Source of the DNA: Babesia bigemina
Lineage: Eukaryota
DNA: 64,000 bases
Assembly: GCF_000981445.1 (NCBI RefSeq)
Contig: NC_027216.1
Location: 124,001-188,000 of the forward strand
Direction of reading: 5' to 3'
The stretch's first letter is position 1, and the number at the start of each line of letters is the position of its first letter. The notes under the pieces are model-generated. The model was not told the DNA's origin. It saw nothing but the letters and a program-made list of their open reading frames with translations, and searched no databases. Below are positions 34,349 through 47,911 of the stretch, piece after piece. The position numbers were made by a program, and so were the translations under genes.

Positions 34349-34722
34349 GAATTAATGTTGCGTGAAACGCATGCGTACTTCAAAACCCGTTTCTACATTT
34401 TAGGTATGATGCTGATGTTTTCCCTCTGGACAGACGCGGGTAGGCGTATCTCATGTGTTTCCGCGAGTCAATATCCCATGGATGTGAATTTTGGGATGGC
34501 CAGTTCCCGGTGACGTCGCACCTCGCGCTGTCACCGCCTGGTACACACAGGGTGGTTCGCAACTTCTGAAGGCGGATCTAATCCGTTCAAAGTCACGGGC
34601 TGCCCTTCAAAACAAGCTTAACATCCAGTACAAAGACGCGATACATCAGTCCAAAATTCCGGAACAGTGAGGGCTCTTGTCGGTCAGTGTACTTGTGTTA
34701 ACAACATAGACGCTCAATGGGG

Positions 34723-37201
34723 TTAATCATCGTATTCTTTGTCGCTTGACGAACGATTGAGGATGAGGTCAAGTGACCCCTTGAGCGACTGCAAAATATT
34801 GTGCTGAAACAGTTCAAAGTTTATCTTGTTGGGAATCTTCCGCAGCTCATCTATGACTTGTGTGTTGTCGCACGTCTCTAGCCATTGATTGTTGTCTATA
34901 ATTGCGTGCGCAAGCTCTAGCAACGTGCTCGTGTTCTGCATGTCGTTCCCCAGATGCGCCGAAACAAATCTCAGCAGGGGCAAGATCGTGTGTTCATCTT
35001 TCCCCTTAACAGCTGTAGCTAGGCTTCCCCTCAGCACCAAAGTCTCGACCAGATTGTACACATGGTCGGGCGTGAGCGACAAAGACAGGTCTAGTGCCGC
35101 CTGGTACTGGAACGTTTTGACCAACCTATCCAACAGCGACAATTTGGTGGGTTTGAACTCGACGAGATCTTCCTCCACCTTAACAATTTTTCGGTGAAAC
35201 AAAACTTCCTCCGTCTCTTCCTTCGCATTGTGCCTAATGATCCATTCACCGGAGCTCAGTCCTATGGCGATCGCCCTGGTATCCAACGTAACATCAAGAG
35301 CTGTGACGGGCGAGTTGAACCTGTATACGTGCCTCAGAGACACTGTAGTATCGTCTAGATCTTCAGTGGGCGTACCATCCAACGCTTCCGTCCTATCTGT
35401 CGTATACTGCGACGCGCTTTCCCCCGTGGGCCGTTCCACATGCGATGATTGAGACGTCTCTGAATCATCCAGGTAGTCGGGATTGGCGCTCATTGGCGTG
35501 AAGTGGTCTGGTGAGGCGATTCTGCTTTCCGGGGTGACAAAGTTGCTGCCGTCGGACAGGCAGTCTGCGGCTCTCTTGCCCCTAACACTAACTGACGCGG
35601 GACTCCGGGGCTCATCACTATCCTCAGACGAGGAAACATCCGCCTCTTCATCGAGCACATTCTCAGACGAATCATCGTCCGAGTTGTAGCTCGTGGATCT
35701 TGCGGTTAATGTTTGGGACATACGTGAGCTGAACTCATCACCACGCAGCTCAGCCAGGTACCTTTCGTCGGAGGCGTGGAAATCGCTCTGGTAAACTGAG
35801 GCGTAGTTGAAGAAGCGGACGGTACCGTCTAGTGAGGCAGTGATTATAGGGTGTCTCATGAAGGCCCTTACAACAGTCCTCTGGTGCGGCTCGAAGGAGT
35901 ACATGAGCTGGAGGCCACTCGACAAGTCCCAGAGCTTCACAATGTTTTTACCCGCGGTGAGTAGTAGGTTGTTAGCGATTGACAGTTCCACAAACTCGAT
36001 GGGAGCACCATGGTGTACCTTCGCCGCAGGTTTCACGTTGTTCCTGATGTCAAACAGGTACGCCACTGAATCATAACCGCCGGTCACCCAGAGCTGTTCC
36101 GAGCCGCAGAAGTCGCTGACGGCCCTTATCTTATCCGAATGGAATTTAAACTCCTCGACGAGTTCGCCAGTGACGGTATCCCACAGCTTGGCGACGCCAT
36201 CGTCGCCTCCGGTCATGAGCCGCAACTTGGTGCAGGAGAAGTGGAGCGCGTGGCAGGGGGTCTCGTGAGCACGCCATTTCTTGAGGTTGGATTTCAGTCC
36301 TAATGCGATAAGATGCACCCATCCCCCGTCATCCGATACAGCAGCCACCTTTCCGTCTCCACGGAAGGCGCAGCACCTGACGAAGTCCTTAGAATCGTGG
36401 AAGGTGTGGACGATCTTCTGTTGAGCGTAGTCGTAGAAGATAACCTGAAACGTGATGTGAACGTTTTAAACAGCATTGAACCCTTGTAAATAGGACATAA
36501 CGTGCAGTTCACATACAAATCACAATTCCGGTCACAAAACACTGCACTCATAACCACGGCCGTTCAGGGACTTATACATTTGTGATCCATATAACGCTCA
36601 AAATGGGATGTATGCATCCAACACAAAAGCAATTTGGCAATTAGTTGCGTTCTTAAAGGCGATGGATGCCATCCCATAATACAGGTGTCGAATTACCACG
36701 AAGTGGCTTTTATGGGGGCCTGAACTCGGCATCCCCGAAACCTCATCAGTAGCATCTAAAACGCCTCAAACATAGATGGAGTAGCGATGCTAAACCGTGT
36801 GGTATCCGTCCATGTGAGCGAAAAGCTTTCTGGGACGAGGGCATATTGCCATGCTATATACCAAGCACACGAAATAGCAGGCGACATTAAACCCACTCGC
36901 ATATAACAACGCTGCAAAACAACAGTGAACATTGCAGTTTTCAACGAAGCAGCAACAAACGAAGTCCACGAGCAGGCAGATATGCGTCTCAAGGAGTCTC
37001 TCTTACCTTGGTTCCGGTGCATACTGAAACGAAAGTTCCCTCGGGCGAAAACGAGATGTGAGTTACTGGAGCAGTTTCCTTCCCGGACCCGACTACTTTG
37101 GTTGCGCTGAAGTAGCGTTTGACGCGCCTGTCGCGCTCGTAGGGCTCCGGATCTCCCTCCCTAAGACCTTCGACCTTAGATAACCTGTGGTACGTGCCCA
37201 T
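34723..37201 (-). CDS. UTP15: U3 snoRNA-associated protein 15 (WD40 + UTP15 C-terminal domain), 2 exons
   Basis: Exons 37201-37007 and 36444-34723. WD40 repeats include AFRGDGK, MTGGDDGVAKLWD and VTGGYD...HHGAPIE. The C-terminus LDRLVKTFQYQAALD...LVLRGSLATAVKGKDE..ILPLLRFV is typical of UTP15. Confidence 0.88.
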
Positions 37202-38780
37202 GTTTAGCTGTGTTTTCCCCGCTCCTGAAGTCCTACAAACCTCCGAAGCTTCTAAATCATCCGCAACTTTTTATGTTGAAGCATCGCGTGAAAACAACGG
37301 AATCCTGGTGACGGCGATGTGTTCCCAACCCCCGGGATGTGCAATACACAACTTAGTAAGGAATCCCGATATATTTCCAGCCGATATGTGCGACACGCCT
37401 CGTCGCCGTTAAGTGGGTTTATAGAAGCATTCTCGGTTGGTTCTGTCTGGCGGGCGCGTCACGTGTATATCAGCTAACCGTTGTTTGTTATCACCACACG
37501 GCTGCTCGCGGAGACTTCGTTTTACTAGCACAACATGTGTTTCATTGCGGAAACACGCACAATCCGCTCTAGAAGCGGACGAAAAACCGCTTTTCGAGGG
37601 GCACTTGGGTTTTCTTCCTGGCGCGCAATGCATGGAAGTTAGATCTGCTTCTTCCCTTTGGACCAAAACATGCTATTCCGTGCTACACCATAAATTAGTT
37701 TGGTACAGTTTTAAGTGTGTAGTGGAGTTTTGATTTTTAGGGCGCTTTTCGTGGTTTCAGCGTGGCGCACCTGGGTGTGGCAGCCTCCCCGGTTCTATTT
37801 GAGCGTATCAATTCGCTACAGCTGTTCTGGCGTCATATTCGGCGCCAGTAGCGGTCGGTGTGTGCTTTGCATACATGCAAAACGTTTTTGAGTCGCCCAT
37901 TTCGCGTTCCGGTTCTGCCCATGGTAGCACCGCCTGCCGAAATGTGTCAAGTACAGAGCAGGATGGAGTCTTCGTTCACCCGATGCCCTTCATGACCTCG
38001 CCAGGTAGCCTATTACGCCATTTGGGTGTGCGGAATGCCCATTTAATGTGTACTATGCCTTCGACAGGTGGTATACGCACAAAGTACGCTTATAGTCACG
38101 CCTGAGTGTCAGCATGCACTGTTGCACTAATCACGTCCCGACGTTTCAGTAGCAGCGTAACCCTTATGTATGCGACAGCATCAGCATCTTTGGAGCCCGG
38201 TGAACGCTTGTGATTCGCTTCGGCTGCGTGATGCCCTCCGTAGGCGAAGGAGGAGGCCTCGCATCGCTGGGACCGTGCGATGTCGCAGCTTGCACAGAAC
38301 GAATACACACCAATATCGACTATGACCACGGTCATAGGAAGGTCAGCTTCCACGCTACCGTGCGCCATTTTGAAGCGGGCAACGGCCTTTCTAAGCCTTA
38401 AGGGGACCTTTTCGAGACGATAATCAAGCGAATAGGCCGTGGTAGCCTGCAACATAAGACATTAGAATCCGACTTTAAGCGGTTCCACCTTCACAGCAGC
38501 AAAAGCCGCGAGCTAAAGCATACTCGTACACATGCGCTGATGGTACTTGTTAGTGTAAACAACGGCGCATCGCAACGAGCGGCCTACACATCTGCGGACG
38601 TGTCGGTATCGTTGTGTGGTCGTTTAGTGCCCAGTGCGGCGCTTATACGGCGCGCCACGTCCAGGTCGTTTCTAGCCGCAAAAAAAAATTAATGCGCCAT
38701 GTGTATGAAATGATATGCCGGCAAGTGGTCCACCTTAGCCGGGGTTTGGCGTTTGCGGGCTGGAGTCCTGAAACTGAAAG

Positions 38781-41700
38781 ATGAAGAGGCAACGGTCGCC
38801 GCAAATAAATCGGCCGTATGCGGCTGTGTTAGACGGGCTGGATGGTGTCTTGCGGAGGTACCATCATTCCGTCAAAACGTGGCATGCCGAGGGTTCGGTC
38901 TGCGCGCAGCGCGACGCTGCTACCGACGTGTCTTCTACACAGAAAGGGTTCGGAGCTAATGTGGGCGCCTCCTTCGACGAGGAAGCTGCTCCTTCGCCTG
39001 AATCCGCCACCAGCCGAGTTATGGAGGCTAGCAACGCCTTGCCCGACCTGCTCGGCGGCATTCTGTACGACTTCGGCAGGGTCATGCAGCGTGAAAGCTC
39101 GCGCTTCGATGCATTCGACGTTTTGTACCGCGCTGTGGCCAAAGTACGCGATAGGGAGGCTGCCGTGAAGGCGGTAAAGCATCGACGGCGCTCTGCGGTT
39201 CCGCCAGTGAACGTCTACCACCAGCTGCTGGCCCGGCGCATGGGACGTGGTTCTGCTGTCAGCGCCCTGGGAGATCGGCCGTATCGCAAGGTCGCCAAGC
39301 GCTTCAAGCGGGCGGCGAACGTCTGGGGGCACCACTGCTGCCTGGACGAAATCGACCCTAGCAAGCCTTACAACGAACCGCCGCAGGTGCGTTGCATACG
39401 CTTCGACAGGACCGGCGACGTGCTCATCACCGGGGGCGATGAGGGCATTATCAAGCTCTGGCACACCTTCAACTGCACCCTGATAACGAGTTTGCGCAAG
39501 CATGCAGGCGGCGTGGTCTCCATGGATGTGCACCCGAACAACTACTTCATTTTGAGTTGCTGCGACGGCGGCGAGATGTGGCTCTGGGAGATCAACGGCA
39601 ACCTTTACAGGCCTCATAAGCGGGTGTCAAGCCCGTTCAAGTACCTGTGGTGCCGGTTCGCGTCCTTCGGGGGCAGCGTCGGGGGTGTGGCCACTGGCTT
39701 CAGCGATCGTTGCGAACGGGAGATCGACAGCACCTTGGTGGTGTGCGTCACCACCGACTCCAGGCTATCCGTCTACCGCATGCGAGACCTCGTGGTATCC
39801 TCTAGTGGGAACAACGTCGTCAGGGAGGTGGCGCCGTTGTACGTGGTGGAGCTGTTCAACCACAACATAAAGGCGTACGACGTCTCACGCCCGCTGATGC
39901 ACGACCATTCGTTCCTGATCGCCATCGGCATCGAGCCCATGTTCTTGGAGGAGTTGCGTCTTGCCGACGACGCCGCGTCTTCCGCACTCTCCATCCTGCA
40001 GGGTGAAGCCGCATCACGCTCCGCCGACCGCGCTCAGGGGCAGTATGGCAAGATCACGTCGAATGCGCTTTGTGCGCTCTTCAACATCTCCACGGGCTCG
40101 TTTCTAGCATCCTTTGGCGACTCCGCTGCCGCAAACAGCGCATCGGGGATGGATCTGGACACCACGGCTCCAAGTGTACCGGAACGGCGTAGCTCCGTTC
40201 CCGAGGGTGAGGTCGGAACCGAATTCTGCGTATGCGACGTCTCGATGGACGCGTTTCTGGATGTTGCTGGGAGGTGCAGGTGCTGCCTTAAGCCGGTGCG
40301 CACTTTTACGTTCAGGGAGGTGCCACGGTCGTCCCCCAGGGACTGCCTGGCGCATTCGGAGGAGTCCTCTCCCAACGCGCGGGGTTCCAAAGCTGACGCA
40401 GGGCCGTTTTCGCGCCCAAGTGCGCCACACTTCTGCTGGAAAGTGGATGCTAACGAGCTGGAGACCTACATCCGGCGGGAGCTGGAGGGATACGCCATCC
40501 ACGAAGAGTCGCAGGTCGCGGCATCCGTCAGGTTCGGCACCAACAGCATGCCGTTTGGACGCTTGACGTCTACGGTGGTCTTTCCGTCCTACATGGACAC
40601 CCCGTATCTGTTATTCGACGCCTTGGACGCGGAGCAGCGTGACACCGGGAACTTCGACGACCTGATCTACCACGTGCAGCGTGGCCACGAGCTGAGTCCC
40701 GACGTGTGTTTCGCTAACCACAGCCTGAACCACGTCACCGGCAGCGATGACGGTAAGGTGTTTCTATGGGTGCACTGTGGCTCTACGGTCAAGTTCAGGA
40801 GCACCCCGCTACCCACGAGGTGCATAAATAGATGGGTGTGCAACGATTCTTCAGAGACCGCACCCTGTCGCCAGGCTCCAGCCATCTTCGATCCGGCATT
40901 CATAGCGGAACCGCCAGTGACGGTTGCAGAGTGTGCAGCTGATGCGCCTATTGGTCTATTTCCAGATACAGCATTTTCCAGCACACAGGAAGGCGCGGAT
41001 GTTGGGCGTGGTTCCACATTTGCGCCCATGGATGTCGACATCGCAAAATCTGAGGACACTAGTATGCAGAACACTGACCTTGCTACAGAAGCAGTTGACA
41101 CGTCAGCGAACGTGACTGAACTGGATCTCACAGTGATAAATTCCGGCACGTCGGAACCGGCGCCACCCTCTTCACGTGATGATGCTTCGGAAAAAGGTAA
41201 GCGACATGGGCATGGAGCGGCTTCTTTGGCGAGTGGTCATCTACCCAAGGATGGTGATAGTAATGCTGTGGCTGAAATGGAAGTGGAAGAATGCCACGAC
41301 TATTGCAGGCCGCCATGGTTAACAGACTTGACATCAGAGGACTTGGATGTTTGCGATACATTCCTGGCAAGTGATAGGGTGAAGCCATCTATGCGTGAGA
41401 AAGAGGTGTACCAAAGCAGGAATGCTCCATCAAAGCTTTTTAAGGAGGGCGACTCCAGTAAGCAGCATATGAGTGAGTCCGGTCACCACTACATGGTAAC
41501 GGCTATTGCGTGGTCCGTGAACGACGAGTATATATTCATCGCAGACAGCATAGTCACGCGCTTCAACGTGAAGAAGCTGATAACGGCGTCCCGCACCATA
41601 TTGTCAGGGGTCTCGGTTTTCACATCTCAGGGTATCCCCGTTGCCGACTTCCTGCACAACGAAATCAGCCATCACGTCGGGTGCGTGAAACCGCACCCGC

Positions 41701-44700
41701 TGACCGATGATCTAGCCCTGGTGATCACTTATGGCGGGGTGATTTATGTACTGTCGGTCGAGAGCAAGTCGGTTGTCAGGAAGCTGGACTGCGGGCCGAA
41801 CGCCGTTTGGTTGGACGCTGACTGGCACCCTGGCGGGATGTACTTTGCCGCCTGCCAATCGTTCGGCTGCTTCTCTCTGTTCACGGTTGATGGTCTGCTG
41901 AGCAACTATCGCGCTACACTCAACAACCAATGTGGGTACAGCGACATGCTGCCCATAAATACGTCGGCCTTCTACTCTGGTGCGGAGAACGAATCTGTGG
42001 ACATGCGGCGTTACCACTACGGGTCAAATCTCATGCCTCCGCTGGAGCTGGATGGGAAGGGCTGCAGCGAAAGCTTGCGGTTCTACACGGCGAGCTCCGT
42101 CCACACGGTGCTGGACGACAACCACTGCGAAGTCCTCTACGCGTGCTCACCGGTAGCAATGCAGGTCGATGACACCAAGCTTTGGCGCAACCGTCTTCTA
42201 GACATGTCAGTGGTCCCAGCGCATCTCTGGCTGCCGATTTCGGTATTGAGCCGCATCCCGCTGGATATCAACGTGGTGGAGTTTTTACAGTGGCACTTCG
42301 GCGTCTACGGTAAGTGCGACGTCCCGGAGCTTATCGCCTGGTTTCTCTGTGTGAACAAGTTGGACGTGCTAGGAAATTTCACCAACCGAGTCCGTCGCGT
42401 GGTTTGCCCGTATGGAGGTGTTACATGCGTGGCCTGCCAGCACATCATCACGAGCTCCGATCGTGCGGAGCGGTATGCAGAGTTGTCGGTCGAACAGCAC
42501 GGAGCGAAGTCCAAGGTCAACGAGCGTGGCGACATCATTGCCTGCTTGCCCATTGCGTTGCGCCCGCAGTCCTCCACCGCTCCTCACCCCCCTGCAGCGC
42601 CGATTGAGAGGCGACCGCAAGCGGTTTCTCCGCTTAATAGGGCGAATGCAGCGGCTACAACCACGCGTTACAATCAGGGTTCACGTGCCCAAGTCGTTTC
42701 GAGGTCGAGTGAAGGCGGGCGATCAGGCTCGGGCACACGCCACACTTCATCGAGTCGGCTTCCTCCCACAAGGGTGCAGCCCCCCCGTGGCGCTGCGGCT
42801 AGACCCAGCACAGGCGCCTCCTCGACAACTGCGCAAACGTTCACTGATGCTGCTCACACGAGGGCGTCGCCTAGAAGAACCGCCGCGCCGGTTGCAACGT
42901 CACCAGCTCCGGGTTCGCCGAAGGAAACCCCCGCTTCAAATCGCGCAACTTCTCAGATGCAGATGGGATTGGCAGAGATAGATCGTGCGCTCGCGCGGGT
43001 CACCTCTGACGAGCGTACAGTACGACGGTTGCGTCGTGAGATGCGCGTCAATCAATCTTCGGATGACGAGTCACCGACTGATCGCGTTAGCAGCAGCTAC
43101 TCATTCCGCAACCGTCGGCAATGCGTAGAAGGTGGCGTTAAGAGAGAGTTGGAACGAGCTACGTATCTGGATGGAGTTCTAGGCCCGATTGGTTTGTCCA
43201 AAGCGGCCCACCAGGCGTCGAGCCCACTTGACGCAGTGTGCCTGCTGTGTGGTTTCGGTTCAGACAGCTCAAAATCCAAGCGTAACACGGGAGTCAAGGT
43301 ATATATCGGCGGTTCTACATTAGTGAGGAACACCTTGATTGGTCCGTTTGCTGTGTCCAAGCGGTACATGGACATGATGGAACAGGAGTTCCCCAAGCTG
43401 TTTGACCGCATGGGCAACGAGGTGTTCATGCACGTGGGATGTTTGGCAGCTGCTACCAATCTCGTTCTCGACTCAAGCGGGCATAAGATTGCGAACCTGC
43501 TCGAAGTGTTGATACGTGGCATGCATGACAAGTGCGCGTACTGCGGCGGCAGCTCCGCGACGCTTCACTGCAGCGGGACTGATTGCAATCGGGCATTCCA
43601 CTACCCCTGCAGCATCACGTGCGCGGAAGACGAGGCGTACCAGCGTCAGCAGCCCACATCGCGGCGCAACCCGTCATTCTGGTCAAGGATGAACAACCCG
43701 GTAGATCCGCTCTTGTGCGACCGTTTTCTGTGTCTGGAGTGCACGCTGAAGGACTGGATAGACGGGTCCCCATCTGTGGAGCCGCTCTGCACGGGCGAAC
43801 ACTTCCTCAGCGATGAACCCCGTGCGTGGTTTTACTCGGATGCGAGGGATATGTATCCCAACTGTTACGTCCCCCAGGGTGGCGACTTGATATTCATCCC
43901 CCTCCAGGCCAGAAGTAGCATCAAGGCGAACAGTGCGATACCGTGGTCATCCGCCTTGCACACGCATATTCTGGAGGTGAAGAAGATCGACTATCGATTT
44001 TGCGGTGAGTGGTTTGCATAACGTTGCTTTCACATCCATGTAGGCCCGATATCTGGTGACATCGGCATCTGCTCGGTTCTGTGGGTTCGCCAGATGGACA
44101 ACAACAAACGCCAGTCGCTGTTTTACCGCCCAGGCGACCTTACCGTGTTGACCTTGGTGGATGTGCTAGTTGGCGTTTGGCGTTTGGACAAGGTCAACGT
44201 CGGCGATTCCGTCAAGGTGCTTTGTGCCGACGGGTGGAAGGACGCTACAGTGAGTGGCATCAAGGACCCTCTGGTTTGCAGTGCCAATTACAATCTGGTT
44301 TCTGGCGATTTCAGCACGGCTAACGTGTCCAGACTGGGTCGAGCTGCCATTGACCTGGGTACGAACTGCATCCAGGCCAAGCTTGTGTCCGACTCGTCGG
44401 AGCAGTGGTACTCCGCGTGGCAGTTCCGTATTGACCCCGCCAGTGAATCGAGTCTGTCTGACGAGTTGCACCAACGTCTGTTTCCCGCCGAGGCGAAGGA
44501 GGAGTTGATCAACCTGACATTGGACGGAAGTTTCGAGGAATTTAATATTTTGCCGAACTGGGCGGAGTGCGATGAAAGTTGGGTTCGCACGTACTGGTCC
44601 ACCGTTGCATGCCCGATGTCCATGGAAAAGGTCCGACAGCGCATTTTGAATTCGTACTACATGTGCCCCCAGGGGTGCCTGTCCGATCTTGAGGTTATTG

Positions 44701-45485
44701 TGCGCAACTGCAGGTTCTTCAATCCGCCGTCCAGCGTGCTCTGTCAGGTCGCTCAGACGCTGGAGCGGGCAATATCCACAACTCGAGACGAGATTAGACG
44801 CGTTATGAATGCGGAAAAGTATGCTAAGTTGCTGATTCAGCACTTGCGACCCTTTTTAGACCGCTTGTTCGTAGCTCCCAGCGCGTCTGACCATGAGGTT
44901 GTTGGACAGGATAGCATTACGCCAACACAACCTGATTCAATGTCGCAGAGTCAGCCATTCGACGCAGACGTAAGTCCGGCGTCCACCTTCGGGGCCATCT
45001 CACCAACGCAAGCCGCCGACTGTTTCGACGACGACGATATGCCCATCCGACGTTCAGCGCGTTTGCTACGGTCACGGGCTTCAGTGAGTGATGATATACA
45101 GGCACATCGACCCCCACAAGCCTCCACGGCGCCACTGAGGTCCGAGATCCAAGAAGAAACTGGTGATTCTTTAGGCAGCGAATCTCGGCAAATATCTTCA
45201 CGAGAGGATGCGGGTTCCGTTATTCGCCATATAGGCACTTCATCCTCCAGTCGGCGATCGTCCGTGCCATCGGGGAGCACTCAAGTGCAACATCCTGACA
45301 GCGGCAGGCCAACGGCGGCCGGCGAACTGCAGGCGACCAACCGTCGCACCTCGTCTCGTTTGGCGGCCATTAGTGAGAGGGAGGCAGAGCAGGCGAAAAA
45401 CGCCGCTCTGGAGAGGCAGCGGCAGGAAGAGGAAGAAAAGCTTAGGCGAACGTCTGCGTCACGCTATAACCTCAGAGGGATTTGA
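38781..45485 (+). CDS. PHIP/BRWD-like chromatin reader: WD40 + extended PHD finger + Tudor-like region + bromodomain, 2 exons
   Basis: Intron 44005-44043 (gtgagt...tag) joins the 1746-aa and 463-aa ORFs in frame. Motifs: CIRFDRTGDVLITGGDEGIIKLW (BRWD WD40), YVPQGGD, and the bromodomain YWSTVACPMS...SYY...DLEVIVRNCRFFNPP. Confidence 0.85.
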
Positions 45486-45961
45486 CGCTTCATGAGAACA
45501 GTATTGTAGTTTAAAGGGCTTTAGTGAGCACTGTAGAATAAAGCATTAATGATAATTGCATAAGCTGGCAACCAACTGACCGAATTTCCAGGTAGTATCT
45601 GGAATCCACCAAAATACGATTCGCATATTACAGAACACTCGGTGATTGTACGCTTACAAGTCATATAACTGGATCCAATGGACTGGAATAGTCCAAAGTG
45701 TCCCTAAGAATTCAGGCAATACAGCGGTGCCTCCCAGAAAGGGGTTGTTGACTGGCGGCCTTCCACTATTTTTGAAAGGCAAGTAAGGCCACACCTTGAC
45801 TTATCAGATTTATAGTGATTGTGTTGAATGATGATTCTCTTATAATATATCCACTAAATCTACTGATTTCGCGACACCCACACACTCCTTATGCTGCGCT
45901 GCTCATAACGCCGCACTTCTGTTTAGATTCTACACATTAGGGTGTCAGATGGAACGATACC

Positions 45962-47911
45962 ATGGATGTGGATGAGCCTGATGTAATACCGCCCGGCGTT
46001 AACCTCACTGCTTGCCTAGTTCTGAATCAGCGCGACGATGAGTGCCTCGGTTTTGACTTCGTTAGCTTCCCAGGAAGCAACGAGGTTATGGGCGTCATAG
46101 ATCTCACTCCTGGAGCGCATTTGGTGTATGTCAAAGACGGACAGCCCAACGGTTAGTTTTGTTATGCTTCTCCAAAGAACGGTTATTGTGATTTTCCCTT
46201 GTGTTTGGATTGTAGCTGGCTTTCAGACGTAGCCATTGATTTATGTAATATATATTCGTAATTGTTTGAAGATTCCACTGGAATCTTGTGTTTTAGAAAA
46301 AGTACTGCGTGGATTTGTCGGTCAAACTGTATTACGCTGGTCGATTTTTATATGTCGATTTGCTTAAGCGGCTCATTAAAACGTGCAGAGGAAGTAGACA
46401 GAAGGCTAGGAGAGTTCTTGTATATTGAACCGGGTACTTGCACGGTTCTTAAGCGATCGAAGCTCGATGATGGCCCTCTGTTCGAAGTTGCAAGTGAAGA
46501 AGAAACTCGCAGTTACCACTCCGGTCTAGTTGCGGGGCACTTTCACGGCAAGCTTGCTCGCGTTCCAGATGAGCTGCGTAATCTGTGGTATGATCTGACG
46601 CAGTTCATAAGTGTGGATGTGATCCGGCTCCTGCGACCCATTGTCAAGAAGCCTTCATCGCGCTCTACTTCCGCGCAACAAAAGACTAGCAAAGCAGTCA
46701 ACGATGATGAACAACAGCGTCTCAGCTTACCTTCGAGGGCATCTGAAATGTCTCAAGGTGCTGCGTCTACTTCCATGGATGAAAAGGACTCCGCGTCAGT
46801 GAGGGATGCTACTATAAAAGACCATGTATTCAACGACTCGCAGTCAACAATGGATGTAGATGATACGTCTGCAAAATCTGAGGGTTGCTCGCTAAGTCGC
46901 GACGGCCATGCCGAACCTAATATCGCAACGTCATCTAAAGGCCTCCCCGACACAGCATGCCAAAACAGCTACCCAACAAACTGTTCTAGTGCCGACGATG
47001 GGGAAGACACCGCAGAGCATTACAAAGAAATATTGGAGCGTCTTAACTCGTTGAAATGCCAGCCCGGGCTGCTTTGCGAGACCTTCGGCGTTATAGGGAA
47101 TGGCCGCGGGCGATCTGCATCATCCCCTACAGATGATACTAAGCTGCGTGCTGATCGTTCTAAAAGGCATAATATTGATGCAGATGGTAGTAGCAATATT
47201 CCTACTGACTCCGCATCAGTCGCAAATCGATGTGACACTACTCTCGATTTTGAAGTCCCCCGAGACCAATGTACCATTTATTATTCCGATCTGCAGAAAC
47301 TGAATCGACGCATGAAATCAGGAATGCACAAATGTGCATCGAAAATAACTGAGATGCACCTGGACACAACGCATATTTTGGATGCCATCGTGGAGCGTCA
47401 CCATGAAAGAGACGCCATGCTGCCACTCTCTACCACGGATATGGCAACATCAAAAACTTCAGACATGGCCGTGGCAGAGCATGAATATGACGTGGAGTCT
47501 AAATATTCGTGTGTTCTAGGCGAGTATGAATACGCGTTTTGCGTTTTCATGCTCAACTTCCACTACACGTCTTTTGAGCACTGGAAGTCGCTGTTCCGTG
47601 CGTTTTGCAGCGCCGAATCGTTCTACATGCTCAACACGAAGCTTTCGGAGCATCTTATGAAAGTCATTAAGCTGCAGTTAGAAACATTTGAGTCCGACCT
47701 GTACGAGCCAGACAACTTTTTCGCATATCACCTCAGTTCGTTAGAAGAAATCATCAATGACAACCAGCCCCAACTTGCAGGCTTGGTGGATCCTTTCAAT
47801 GCCATAAAAGAGACCTTCAAGTTGAAGTTCGGCATCTCGTTTGAAGAAGCGACGGCTTTGCAGGACGGGGTTCAGTTCGTTGACTCATCACTACTGCCAA
47901 ATGTAGTATAA
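45962..47911 (+). CDS. AAR2: AAR2 (U5 snRNP assembly factor), 2 exons
   Basis: Exon 45962-46151 (LGFDFVSF...MGVIDLTPGAHLVY) splices in frame to 46389. The C-terminal VLGEYEYAFCVFML...FEHWKSLFRAFCSAE matches the AAR2 LLGELQFAF...FEHWK motif. Confidence 0.83.

Noticed and set aside
36445..37006. 562-nt UTP15 intron as a possible C/D snoRNA host
   Set aside because: Only an imperfect C-box-like ctgatga and a distant ctga, with no terminal stem or recognisable guide.
37409..38700. Short ORFs in the gap between UTP15 and the BRWD-like gene
   Set aside because: No motif and no consistent exon chain could be built; a small spliced gene cannot be excluded.
17652..47911. Apparent enrichment of RNA-processing and ribosome-biogenesis genes (MPP6, TTF1-like, Nop15, UTP15, AAR2)
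   Set aside because: Such genes are a large share of a reduced parasite genome and are interspersed with unrelated genes; no evidence of a functional cluster.
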